64,000 bases of DNA. Source: Zygnema circumcarinatum SAG 698-1b. Its lineage: Eukaryota; Plantae; Zygnematophyceae. The stretch covers positions 2,170,001 through 2,234,000 of the forward strand of contig CM074808.1 of assembly GCA_037447605.1 (NCBI GenBank). Reading direction: 5' to 3'. A program made the translations under genes and the position numbers. The notes beneath the pieces are model-generated. The model was not told where the DNA came from, did no database searches, and saw nothing but the letters and a program-made list of their open reading frames with translations. Positions 11,503-22,398 of this stretch are shown here, in pieces; position 1 is the first letter of the stretch, and the number at the start of each line of letters is the position of its first letter.

Positions 11503-14500
11503 ATGGAGAGTGAGGGAGAGGGAGAGGCGGGAGAGGGAGAGGAAAGAAGGGAGAGGGAGAGGGAGAAGGAGAGGCGGGCCATGGAGGAGGGCGGTGGGGG
11601 AGGCGCGGCCAAGCGCAAGCGCAGCAGTAGCATGCGAGAAGGCTCCGAGGAGGACGGACGGGTGGCCAGGCGCCCGCGGGAGGGCGACGCCGCGCAGGAT
11701 GGAGAGCTGCAGCGCGACATCGGTACGGTTGTAGGGTTTGGTTCACCGGACTCTGTGATGAGAATTCGTTTATGCTGGGTTTTCTTGTGTATCTGCATTA
11801 TCTCTTGGACGCTTTCCTCTGATCGTGAATTTTTGGCCGCCTCGTTCAACTTGTTCCGATTGTCCTGCAGTGTGATGGTTCGAATATCATAAAGATATTC
11901 CTTTGTCGGATGTCTCGTATTTTTTTGTTCAAACTTCTTCCATGTAGTCTTGCCCATTGGTCATCGTTGCAGGTTTAAGGGTACGGTTAACAAAGAAGGA
12001 TGGAGTACTTTCGCTTGCTCGGAGCAGAGTTGACGGCGATTCAATGGCTGAGGGACTTAACGCTGGAGGTGCAGAGCCTGGAGGTCGGAAGGAGCTGGAT
12101 CGAGAATCATCTCAGGGAGGACCACTCGAAAGTAAGGAGGTTGTAGGCGATGGGCAGAACCTTCGAGAGGGGCCTGTTGATGGAAGGAAGGAGCGCGCTC
12201 AGTTAGCGGCTCCAGATGTAACAAAACCAAGAACTGAATCGGTTATTGGTGCCAAAGTAGTGAGCGGCGGGGAGGAGGGGGGCAGAATGCTCTTGAATGG
12301 CGGTGACTTCGAGAACATTTCTCAAGGGCAGCAGGTGCCGCCGACAGAGGTGCCAGGAGCGACAAGCCTTCCTGCCGCGATGGAGGAGTCTGCTCCTGTG
12401 AGGGAGCCTTCTCGTCTGGAGGTTTATCGAATTCCATGTCACGCAGGTATGCTCTTTGCGTGATTTTGGGGCGGCTGTACTTGATAGGTGAGGTTGTTGT
12501 TGGGCTATCCAGTAGCTCTAATTTTACTAGGGTGAACTTGTTCGCTACTAGTTCGCCTGGACTGTGCGGGACATAAGGGCATAGTCGAAAATGATGGAAT
12601 CCGCTTTTGTAACAGTGGTCAAGGCTTAACTCAACCGCTGAAGATGACCCTTCGTTCACTACCTGAGGATGTCTACCGTTCAGATCTATCTCAGTTTTAT
12701 CCGTGTTCGATCTGTGCAGGATGGTTCGCCTGGAATAGCATTCACAAGATTGAGAAACAAAAGCTGCCTGAGTTTTTCAATGGAAAATCGGCGGTAAAGA
12801 ATCCCAAAAGTTATAAAGAATATAGGGATGCCATTATCAACAAGTACCGTGAAAATCCATCTCGAGCTTTGACATTCACCGAGGTTCGACGCACGCTGGT
12901 TGGAGATGTGAATGCCCTTCGCCGCATATTTGAGTTTCTTGACCACTGGGGCCTCATTAATTTTCATGCGCCTACGAATTCCGAGACTGAGCCTCCCAAA
13001 TGGGCGGGCACTCCTCCCACTCTTGTAGAGACGGAGCCCACAGGAATTAGGGTAGTTGCCCCAGTCATCGACCCGACTAAGGGTCTTTTTGAATTCCGAC
13101 CACCAACAGCAGGAAAGGGGAGACACACAGCTGTGTCTACAGGCCAGGTGGCGGGGACACTGCTCCTGACGCGACAGAATGCTTATGGCCCATCGGCGGC
13201 AGAAGCGGCAGTTGCAAATGCAGCCACTGCGATGAAGGGCCCGAGAGCGGAGTTTCACTGCAATTCATGTGGAGCAGACTGTACACGGAGGCGTTTTCAC
13301 TGTCAGAAACAGGTTAGGGATTGCTGAATGCCTTCTATGCATTGCGGCTTGTTCTGTATGCGGCTCCCTCATTTGAAGGGCTTTGGAAGCTGGCGGGATC
13401 TGGGTGTGTGAACAGGCAGACTTTGATTTGTGCCCAAGCTGCTTCGCCAACGGCAGGTTTGGAGCTGGCATGAAGTCGTCCGATTTCATTTTGATGGATT
13501 CTCCCGAGGAAGGCCAACCAGCGGACAGTGAGGAATGGAGTGATCAGGAAACGCTCCTGCTTCTGGAGGGTCTAGAACTGTACGGAGATAACTGGAATGA
13601 GATAGCTGAGCATGTTGCTACGAAAACAAAAGCACAGTGCATCTTACATTTCATCCGGCTGCCAATAGAAGATCCATTTCTTGAGGATATGGAGGGCAGA
13701 GTATCTGGAACCACCAGTTCAAAGGCAGCTGAAGGAGGGAGCAATAAGACTGGTTTTACCGCAAATGGCGGAATTGGAGATAGTGGGAGAGTTGCTGGTG
13801 AAGGGGAAGGGAGGTCAGAATCTGTCACCAATGAGCAGATGAAGGAAGTAGAGGAGCAGTTGACGCCATTTGCAGATGCAGCAAATCCAGTGATGGCCCA
13901 GGTGAGCTTAGTGGAATTTTGACAAGAAAGCTGTATGGGTGTCCATCCTGTGATGGAGGCGAGGAAGCTAGCTATCATGATGAATATCATCATGTGGATT
14001 GTGGCAGTCATGCAGAAATGGGCATCAATGCTTGTGGTAGTGTTTGCTGCTTCCCCCTCCCGTGTGCTGCTGTGAAACGGCTGGAGGTCAGTTGACAGAA
14101 CAGGGAGTAATGGAGAAGAGAAGAACGTGAAAGGCATCCAGCACATGTGAGTGTTTTCAGCTGAGAGATGCTAATGGTGAGGAGGTATTCCCGGTAAGTT
14201 TAGAATGATTACTTTTTTGCAGAAAGCAATCATGCCAGCAAAGTGACAGATTGTAGTCGTTGGTCTCCTATTTGCGGCTCTGCAGGTAGCATTCCTTGCA
14301 GCCATGGTTGGCCCCCAAGTGGCGGCAGCTGCTGCACAAGCTGCTCTAACAGCTCTCCTGGAAGAGGACCCCTCCACAGCGGCGGAGCTGGAATCTGGGC
14401 TGCTCCTCGAGGATGCGCCAAATCCTGCACCTGCTCCCAGGCATGCCAGCAAAAAAGCTCAATTCGATCTCACGTTTGAAGGATATTGTCTTGCAGTGAG

Positions 14501-16384
14501 TTATGGATTACTGATGATCTCTTTAGGTGTATAACGACCTGTGCTTCAGCCACCTTCATTTTCAGTAGGTCCAACATAGCGCAGACTATTGGGTGCTCCT
14601 ATGCGCCGGAAGGACATGCCCTTTCAGTTTTTCTGTGCTAAGTTTGCGTAGGACTTGTGTCCTTCATACAAACAATGATGGCTCACCGTGCTCCACTTTG
14701 CGAGGTGGTGAACCTCCACTCCAGTTGGCAGCCCCTAATGCAGCTGTGATTTGCTGTGCAGAGAAGCAGCCTCTGCTGTTTCAGCTGTCGAAAGCAAAGA
14801 AAAAAGCCATGGGATCCTGCCAGGCAGCAGCGATTCTGCTGGACAGGATGGAATGGAGGTCGAGGAAGGTGGCAAGTTGGCTGAAGGAAAATTAGGTGCG
14901 ATTTTGGGGGTCAGCTTACTTTCAGTCTTGTTGGAACTTCATGAAGACAAAAAAAGTCTTTCGCCCTTCTGTGTTCTCAACATAAGTTAATCGACTTCTG
15001 TTTCTGAGTTTTCAGGGGTGTCCGCTTTGCTTTGGATGCTGAGAAAAATAAGATTTTGTCGACTGAATGGAGGTAGCTTTCCCCTTAGGACAATGCAATA
15101 GTGGGAGACAAGGGTAGAGCTTGAGAATCATACTGTACCTGGCTTCGTCTTTTGACTTTGACTTTGACTTTGGAGGTAATGTACCAATGCTAACATTCCT
15201 GAACATGACAAGCAGCATGTCATTCTGCATAAGTAGCCAGTCATAAAATGAAGCCGGGAATTTATATCTTGGGCATACGTCCAAGTCGTCGTCGACTTGG
15301 GAAACGGTGTGCAATGCATTCAACATGAGCAACTGCTGAGCATGGCAACACTGCGTGGCATGTAATGACAAGAATCAGGCGACATGGTCAAGAGTGGGTC
15401 ATTGTGGGAGCTGCTGCTGCCAGGAAGTGGAACTGCACCTGACTGCAACAAGGACCCATTGGACAAAGCGCAGCCCCCCACTGCAGCAGGTGGGGGACGG
15501 GGTCCTTCTGCTCTCCGGGTTCGAGCAGCCGCTGCTTCAGCCTTGGCGGCGGCCGCAGTGAAGGCAAAACTGCTCGCAGATCAGGAGGAGCGTGAGATTC
15601 AGCGGTTGGTGGCAAATGTGATTGAGAATCAGGTGAGGACATGTGTTGCTTGGATTAGGACTGGCTTCGTTCCGACCGATGTTTGTTTTCTGCCGCTCCA
15701 AATATGGCTATCTTTTGGTCGTTTGGTCGCCAAGGAGTTATTGCAAATGCTTGAGTTGGTGGCAGCTGTCCGAGTTGTGCAAACGGTGGGGTGCATGGAG
15801 GCTACTTTCAGTTACGGATTAATCTTCAGAATTCATGCAGACATGTTCATGGCCGAAAATCAAGGAAAAACACAGCTCAGATATACATTGTCTGTAGTCC
15901 TTTCATAGCAGCTGCCTGTCTGAGAAATAAATTCTGATCGTAAATTTGATGGGTTCATCCTAGACCGGTTACTCAGGGGACCCTCCATTGCCCTTATAAT
16001 CTCTTGTGAGGGGATGTGGGGAACTTTCAGTTGAAGAAACTCGAGCTGAAGCTGCAGCACTTTGATAGTTTGGAGGACGTGCTTCAAAAAGAGAAGGAGC
16101 AATTGGAGAGGCAACGACAGCAGCTTTATGCTGAGAGGGTCCGTCTTGCAGCATCCAAAGCCAGCACTGCTCCTGCGGATAATGCAAGCCTCCCTACTGC
16201 CATGCATGCTAACTCCGGAAGGCCTCTTGCCAACCAAGGATCAGCTGTTCCAGTTGGTGATGCAAACAATCGAGCAGCGTTCAAGTTTGGAGGGGGGATT
16301 CAGCCGGTACAGCAGGTGCAGCAGGGGCTGCCGGGTGGCGTGCTCCCAGGGGCTGCCGCAGAACGGCTCAGAGGTCTCCTGTAG
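11503..16384 (+). CDS. SWI3D: SWI/SNF complex subunit SWI3 (SWI3D-type: SWIRM, ZZ zinc finger, SANT/Myb, SWIRM-associated/leucine zipper); exons 11503(or 11581)-11722, 11973-12446, 12720-13312, 13416-13901, 14286-14440, 14762-14895, 15379-15632, 16031-16384
   Basis: SWIRM (IPCHAGWFAWNSIH...IFEFLDHWGLINF), ZZ (HCNSCGADC..RFHCQKQ/ADFDLCPSCFANG), SANT (WSDQETLLLLEGLELYGDNWNEIAEHVATKTKAQCILHFIRLPIEDPFL), PFADAANPVMAQVAFLAAMVGP, KAKLLADQEEREIQRL, LKKLELKLQHF; phase-consistent exon chain. Confidence 0.93.
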
Positions 16385-17352
16385 TACGGCCTTGGGCAAT
16401 TGGGTGACTCAGGTCCTTGGCGCCAGGGCCTGTGAGGGGGCCCTGCTGTTGCAGATGTGCAGCCGCTGGGCAAAGGAAAATTCAACGAGCTGCAAAGGCG
16501 CTGCATGCGATTCTTAGGGCTGTGTAAGGCAAGGTTTAGCGTTTATGTAAATGTCTCTCTACAGTGTGCACCTTCAGCACGGCCTTGTTCCTGGCCTCTC
16601 AGTGTTGCCATCTCTATCTGTCCTGGGGAGCATTTTTGTGCAGTTTTTCCCGTTGTCCTCCGTGTTCTTTAGAGAAAGCTTGCTGCCTGATCAAGGTACC
16701 TGTCTCTGCTTATGATGCTCGCTAGCACCCGCTAGTCTCAATGGAGACTTGAGGACTTCTGAAAGATGTGCAGTTTGGAGATGGAATGGCATGAGTGCAC
16801 TCACTGCAATGACAATGGCAGGGAAATGCTGCATGAAAGTGGACGTCCAGCGTGATCGTCACAAAATAGTAGTCATAAGCGCCCTATGCTTCCATGTCCG
16901 GTTTCTAGAAATTTTCATAATTTCGTGTGGGAGCCAATTTTCATGAATTCGTAGATCAAAGTTCGCCATTTGGACATAATGTATGTTTCAATGCACCGAG
17001 ATCATGCATTTGTATGTAATAATGGGGCAGGATCGACAAGGCAATTCAGCCAACTCGGCCACTACGCCACTTTTGGCTTCACTAACACAGAGTCTCATGT
17101 AAATGCCTAAGCCGAGCTTCACAAATGCGACTGTAAGCACACTAAGCTTGTAGAACCTCATGCTCATGCAGCCATTCATCAAAGCTAAACCCAATACTGT
17201 TAAAAAATGCCTCCCACCCCTAACGCGGGCAAAAGGGTTAGCATCTCTCGCAAGAGCTGCTGCTGGAGGCTGGCAGGCAATCGTAATGGGAGAGGGAGGG
17301 TGGAGAGGGAGAGTCTTTCTTGCTGACCCTCACATCGAGGGTGGGAGGGAGG

Positions 17353-17496
17353 TAGTGGCGAACCTAGACATACAAGTTGGGGGGCCTTTGCCCCCCCTCA
17401 GATTTTGAAAATTCAACTTTTCTTTATTTTATCTGGTGTATATTATGCCAAGAGGGTTTAGCCCTCGCCTCAGCAAAGATCCTGGATCCGCCATTC
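17353..17496 (+). mobile_element. hAT-like MITE, copy A (144 bp)
   Basis: Ends TAGTGGCGAA...TCCGCCATTC approximate CAGTGGCGGA TIRs; about 82% identical over the first 89 aligned bp to the reverse complement of copy B; no intact TSD. Confidence 0.7.
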
Positions 17497-17911
17497 TCCA
17501 GGTTCGCAAAAGGTAAGAAGGACGCAAAGTAAAACAACGAGAAAGCGAGGAGAAAGCCACTTGAGACGCTTGAGAAGCTCATCAACCTGAGACAAACCCT
17601 CGAATAAAGCATCGGCAACAAAACCACTAACATGAGATGAGGCGATAAGAGAGGGCCACCAAGAACGCGTATACCAATCGCACAAACACAAACAACACAA
17701 ACAAGTTCAAAGGGAAGGGAGAGGGAGAGAGAGAGAGAGAGGGGAAGGAATACCAAATTACCAATGGGAAACCGAACAAACCAGACAGTCATATTCATGC
17801 CACCTTTCAGGTCCAAAGACGCTGCAAAGCGACTTGTGCCTCACGTCCAAGAGCACTTTAAAATGGTCCAATTGCTGGTCTTGCTATTGCTCAACACCAC
17901 AGGGCAACCGT

Positions 17912-18056
17912 CGGTGGCGGCTCCAGGAATTTTGCTAAGGGGGAGCTAAGCCCTCTGTTAGCATACAATACATAAGATAAAATTAAAAAAAGTTGAATTT
18001 TAAAAATCTGAGAGGGGGTTAAGCCCCCCCAACTTGTCTATGGAAGTCCGCCACTG
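17912..18056 (-). mobile_element. hAT-like MITE, copy B (145 bp), inverted relative to copy A
   Basis: Ends CGGTGGCGGC...TCCGCCACTG; flanked by a degenerate 8-bp TSD GCAACCGT (17904-17911) / CCAACCAT (18057-18064), the TSD length typical of hAT elements. Confidence 0.75.
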
Positions 18057-18475
18057 CCAACCATTTCACGGAATACTCTCGGCGGAAACCTCGGCCTTCC
18101 TTCGCGGCTCTCTCAACCTCATACTCCGTCGATGCGCCTCCAGCTCCCACGGCACACGGCAGCCGCTTGCCATTCCTGTGAAACAAACGAACTCAGCTGC
18201 TGCGGAAATCCTGCGCAAGCTGCGACGGGATTCACGCAACGTGCATGTGCATGTGCATGTGCATCAAGTGCATGCCGTTCGTTTCCGTCCGTACATATGT
18301 ACGGGCGAGGCGGCGCGGCGGGGGCATAGGGCAGCGGCGGAGCCAGTCGCGGGTCGCCACGCGGAGGGAGGGATGGCGCGGGCGGGGGCGCGGGGGGAGA
18401 GAGGGGAGGGGAGGGAGGGAGAGGGCGAGGGAGAGGGAGTGGGGGGGAAGGGGGAGGGAGAGGGCGGCGGAGGGC

Positions 18476-20856
18476 ATGGACCGCGGAGGCAAGGGGAAGG
18501 GAGGGGGGCCAGGGCCGCCGGCCATGGCGCTGCCGCGTGTGCTGCTGCAGAAGATCCTCGCGTGGCTGCCGGGGGAGGGAGAGGGCGGCATCTGTTCGGC
18601 AGGGCTGGTGTGCAGAGAGTGGCAGGAGGCCGTTCGAGAGGCAGGGGACAGTCTGTGGCAGGAGGCTTTTCTCAACAAATTTGGTCCGAATGTGGCCTTT
18701 TGGAGTCTGATTGAACAGAGGAAGAATGCTGCGCCTGATGTGGACGCAAACGGGCAGTGCTGGGTGTGGCGGCGGCGGTACATGGAGAGGACCATTGTGG
18801 GAAGAAATTGGAAGGAGGGGAAATGCAAGCATATGCATTTGCCGGACGAGGAGAGTGTAGATATAGAAGGTGCGGTTCCTGGCGCGGGCGAGGGGGGCGG
18901 CGCAGGCTCCAGTGTGTGCGCTGTCACAGTTGACAACTCGCTCCTGGTCATGGGAATGTTTCCAGGTGATGTGGAAGTCTGGGATTTGGAAAGTGGGAAA
19001 AGCCTGTGTATATTGCGAGGGCACACAGGCTACATTCACTCCATTGACGTGGACATGCTGGGCCAGTTCGTGATGACTGCATCGGAGGACCGCACAGCTC
19101 GAGTATGGAGTGTAGCTACAGGGGAATGTTTGGCAGTGATGGACCATCCAGAGGCGTGTGCAGAAGTTTGGTGGGTAAGCAACCACGTGGGCGTGCATAC
19201 AATGACAGTTGACGGGAAGAAGTACCTTCAAGTAAAGAGCCGGCCGCCTGTTGACGACAGCTGTCAGGAACGTGTTCAGCAGAGTGTCAAGGAGGTGCCA
19301 TACATCATCACTGCGATGCGGTTGCTTGACGAAGATGAGGATGCAGAGTTCTTGCTGTGGGACACATGCAGTTTTGAACCTCAAAAGAGTAATCCAGTTC
19401 AAGGAACGATTCTCAGAAGGTGGGAAGACTTTTGGTGACTTAATGATGTTGGTTCTTGTTGCTTGAAGGTGCCGTCTATAATTGTACACACTTGGGTAGG
19501 AGAATGTCTATTAGAGACTTTCCACAATTGTCTCATCGTGCCAGGGCAGCCCTAAGTTATCCCAGAAGTCTTATTGCAGTCCTGCATGGCCTAATTTTTG
19601 CTTGTGGGGGAATGGAAACCTTGCTTGCAAATGGTCTGACTGTTTGCATCTCTCGTTTGTCACCTTCTTATCCAGATATGAGAAAGCTTACATGTTCGAC
19701 CAGCAAACGGGTGTTCTTGCTGTGGCTGGCGCTGACAAGCACGTGAGGCTTCATCATGTCTTATCTCGAGAAGATTTAGTAGAGCTCAAGCTGAGCATTT
19801 CCGGAAAGATTAAGGACGTGTTCTTTGGTCATTCGCATAAGCACGGCTGGCAGCTGATAGTTGGTTCAGACAGTCGGGAAGTCGTAGTTCTGGATATTGC
19901 AACGCAGGGCCTTGTATCCTCCTTCCGATACACTGCTGTGGAGGAAATGACTATGTTCTCCTTGAGTGAGCATCTCTTCTGTCTAACAGCTTCACTACAG
20001 CGGCCTTGGGTAAGCTCACCAAGGCAGTCTGCCTCCTACCGGCTCAGGAAGATGGATGGAGATTTGAATGTATTACTGATTTGACACCTTTGGCCTTCCA
20101 GAGCTAGTTATGCTGAAGTGTATGGCCCAGTTTAAGAGATAGGCTTTTGAAAACACTTTCCAACTTCGGTGGGCGATTTGGCAACCTGAGCATTCATGAA
20201 TTTGTAGCCTGTACGATTATGAACACCTTACTGAAAAGAATACTGGAAGGGGTTTACCACAGATACTTTGTTGATGGTGCTCATTTACATGCTTTCCTTT
20301 AACGTAGAAGTGGCATCGTTCTGCTACTGCTGCCACGTGATTTCAAGTCAATGACCCACAAACTTCACGCTGACAGCTCTTGGTGGCATGAGATGCTGCT
20401 GTTGCGCGATGGCATGTTATCCATAAGCAGTCCAGTAGATAAGGACCTCGTCTCAATGGTGTGATTCTACAACCGCCCTCCCTGACTCATTCAATGTCTC
20501 ATCCCCCTCATTATTTCGTGCAGCTGCCTCAGTCAACAGTGCGGACCGCTGGGTTTCGAGTCTGGGACGCCTGCAAGGGCGAGCGCATGGGAGGTCTCCT
20601 CGAGCTTGAAGTGTTCGGCACGCCCTGTGATGCCCTGGAATTTGACGCCCAGCAGCCGGGCCAGCCCAATGTGACAGTCGTGCTGGCGGGAGCAGATGGG
20701 AAGGTCACACTGTGGACCCTTCCAAGCGGAGAGGTGGCGGAGCTGCCCTGCAGAATGAGCATGGGCGAGCACGGCTACCTGGTGGCAGAAAGCAACTGGC
20801 GCTGGCTGGCCGTGCGGGACCACTCTGGAGTTCATGTGTTCGATTTCCTAGTCTGA
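18476..20856 (+). CDS. F-box/WD40-repeat protein; exons 18476-19419, 19676-20009, 20524-20856
   Basis: F-box-like LPRVLLQKILAWLP...AGLVCREWQEAV...LWQ; WD repeats VEVWDLESGKSLCILRGHTGYIHSIDVD..VMTASEDRTARVWS; introns phase 2 and phase 0 keep frame to the TGA at 20854-20856. Confidence 0.85.
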
Positions 20857-22398
20857 TGGTGCAGTTCATTTTTTGGGGTAAGTGAGGGGATTATGCACCC
20901 ATTCAAAGCAGCAGCATCGTGTGTAGCATCAGTGTCTCCATGCAGATGCCTCTCATAGTAATTAGCCACAATCTTGCACTAGGTAAAGCGTCGTATGCTC
21001 AATAGGTCACGGAGTCTTCCAGCCATCCATCTTCTTTGTGTATGGAGGCTCGAGGATATGCCAATAGCGGTGGAGCTCCGGTTGAAGCAGGTCAGAAGTA
21101 AATTATTTTTTCGTCATTTTTTGGATGTTCATCTGTGTGACGTCCTCCAATAATGTAAATGTTCTTCGTCGGCAGAGACGGACCTTGAAATAGAAGCAGC
21201 AATCTAGTAGCTTATCCGTCCCTTTCTAGTACCTTAATGAAACTTAGCTATCGTTCTTTTCCTCTGGAATGTCTTGAGCATCCAAAGAATGTTGTTTGGA
21301 GAGTTTTGTGCAATACTTGTGGGCCTGTATAAAAACACAGAATAATTCGTTCATTAATAACTCTTCTTATGTCATTATCCCCCTTTTATGTCAGTCCTGG
21401 CACTCCAAGAGCTACGTTGGAACTGGTTTTCAAGCTAGCTACTCTAGAACGCAAGAAAGAACTCACGAGAGCGTTAAGGGTTTTTTATCGGATGATTTTG
21501 AGAAAAAATATGGTACACAATGCAGCATCTTGGAAACAACGTCAACATTGTCACGTACAGGCCAAGTCTTCAGACCAAGTGCACTGGTAGTCGGCGGCTT
21601 TAAAATATTTGCCAACGCCAACTGTTCGCTTACAACAGAACCTTACTGTCTTTCACATTACTTGAGGAACATGTCGTCTACGCATCTACGTACAAATACA
21701 GGAAAAACAGAGACTGCTACAAGGCAGTCGACATTCTGCTGTAGAAAAAATGTACACATTTTCCTCCAATGTTTACAAACTCCAAAGTCTGATGCACTTC
21801 ATTGGCCAGTGGGATTCATCTGCTGACCTTCAAAGGGAAAGTCTCATACTCTGTTTAGTTGCAGTCATCGACCTGATAACTGCCCTCCGGTGTCCAATGC
21901 CCTACTGTACTTCAGAAGAAGCTGAAGCTCGAGTAGAGCTCTCGCTAAAGCACAATGGATGGGTGGTTCCCACCCACGTTCAGCCCAGCAATGATGGCTA
22001 CACCTGCAACCAATGTCTATCAGCTTCGAAAACCTCGCTTCCCCTTCTTGCTTAGAGCTCACAATGCTTAGTAACCGAAGTCAAAAGCCATCATAATATT
22101 GGTAGAAAAAATAACTTCCTATGTACAACTTGAAATTCAGCAGGATAGTGAACTCCGCCAAACCCATTATGGGGTTATAAAATCACACTGCCTATGCATT
22201 GAAAAGTGAAGCCTAAAATAGCCATAAGTTGATACATTGATACGAAGATCATTGGTTACTGTTCAATGAAACATTCGCTAACGGGTTTCCCGCAACCCAG
22301 ATGCGTGGTCAAGGAAATGGTCAGCTCTGGCACTTCCATGACCTGCACTGGTGTCACGTCTTGTCACATTACTTCGATATGTTGTGCGAGCATAATAC

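Noticed and set aside
10554-11957. Several long overlapping ORFs with (ER)n, (PS)n or (LP)n repeats
   Set aside because: Produced by stop-free GA/CT hexamer repeats in the GC-rich bidirectional promoter; only the NOP53 and SWI3D first exons fit splice and homology logic.
17424-17816. Hydrophobic minus-strand ORFs (130 aa and 76 aa)
   Set aside because: They overlap a MITE end and a GA/CT tract, which explains the hydrophobic bias; no homology recognised.
21296-21826. 176-aa plus-strand ORF between the F-box and BTB genes
   Set aside because: No recognisable motif, non-ATG start call and no splice support; probably UTR or intergenic sequence.
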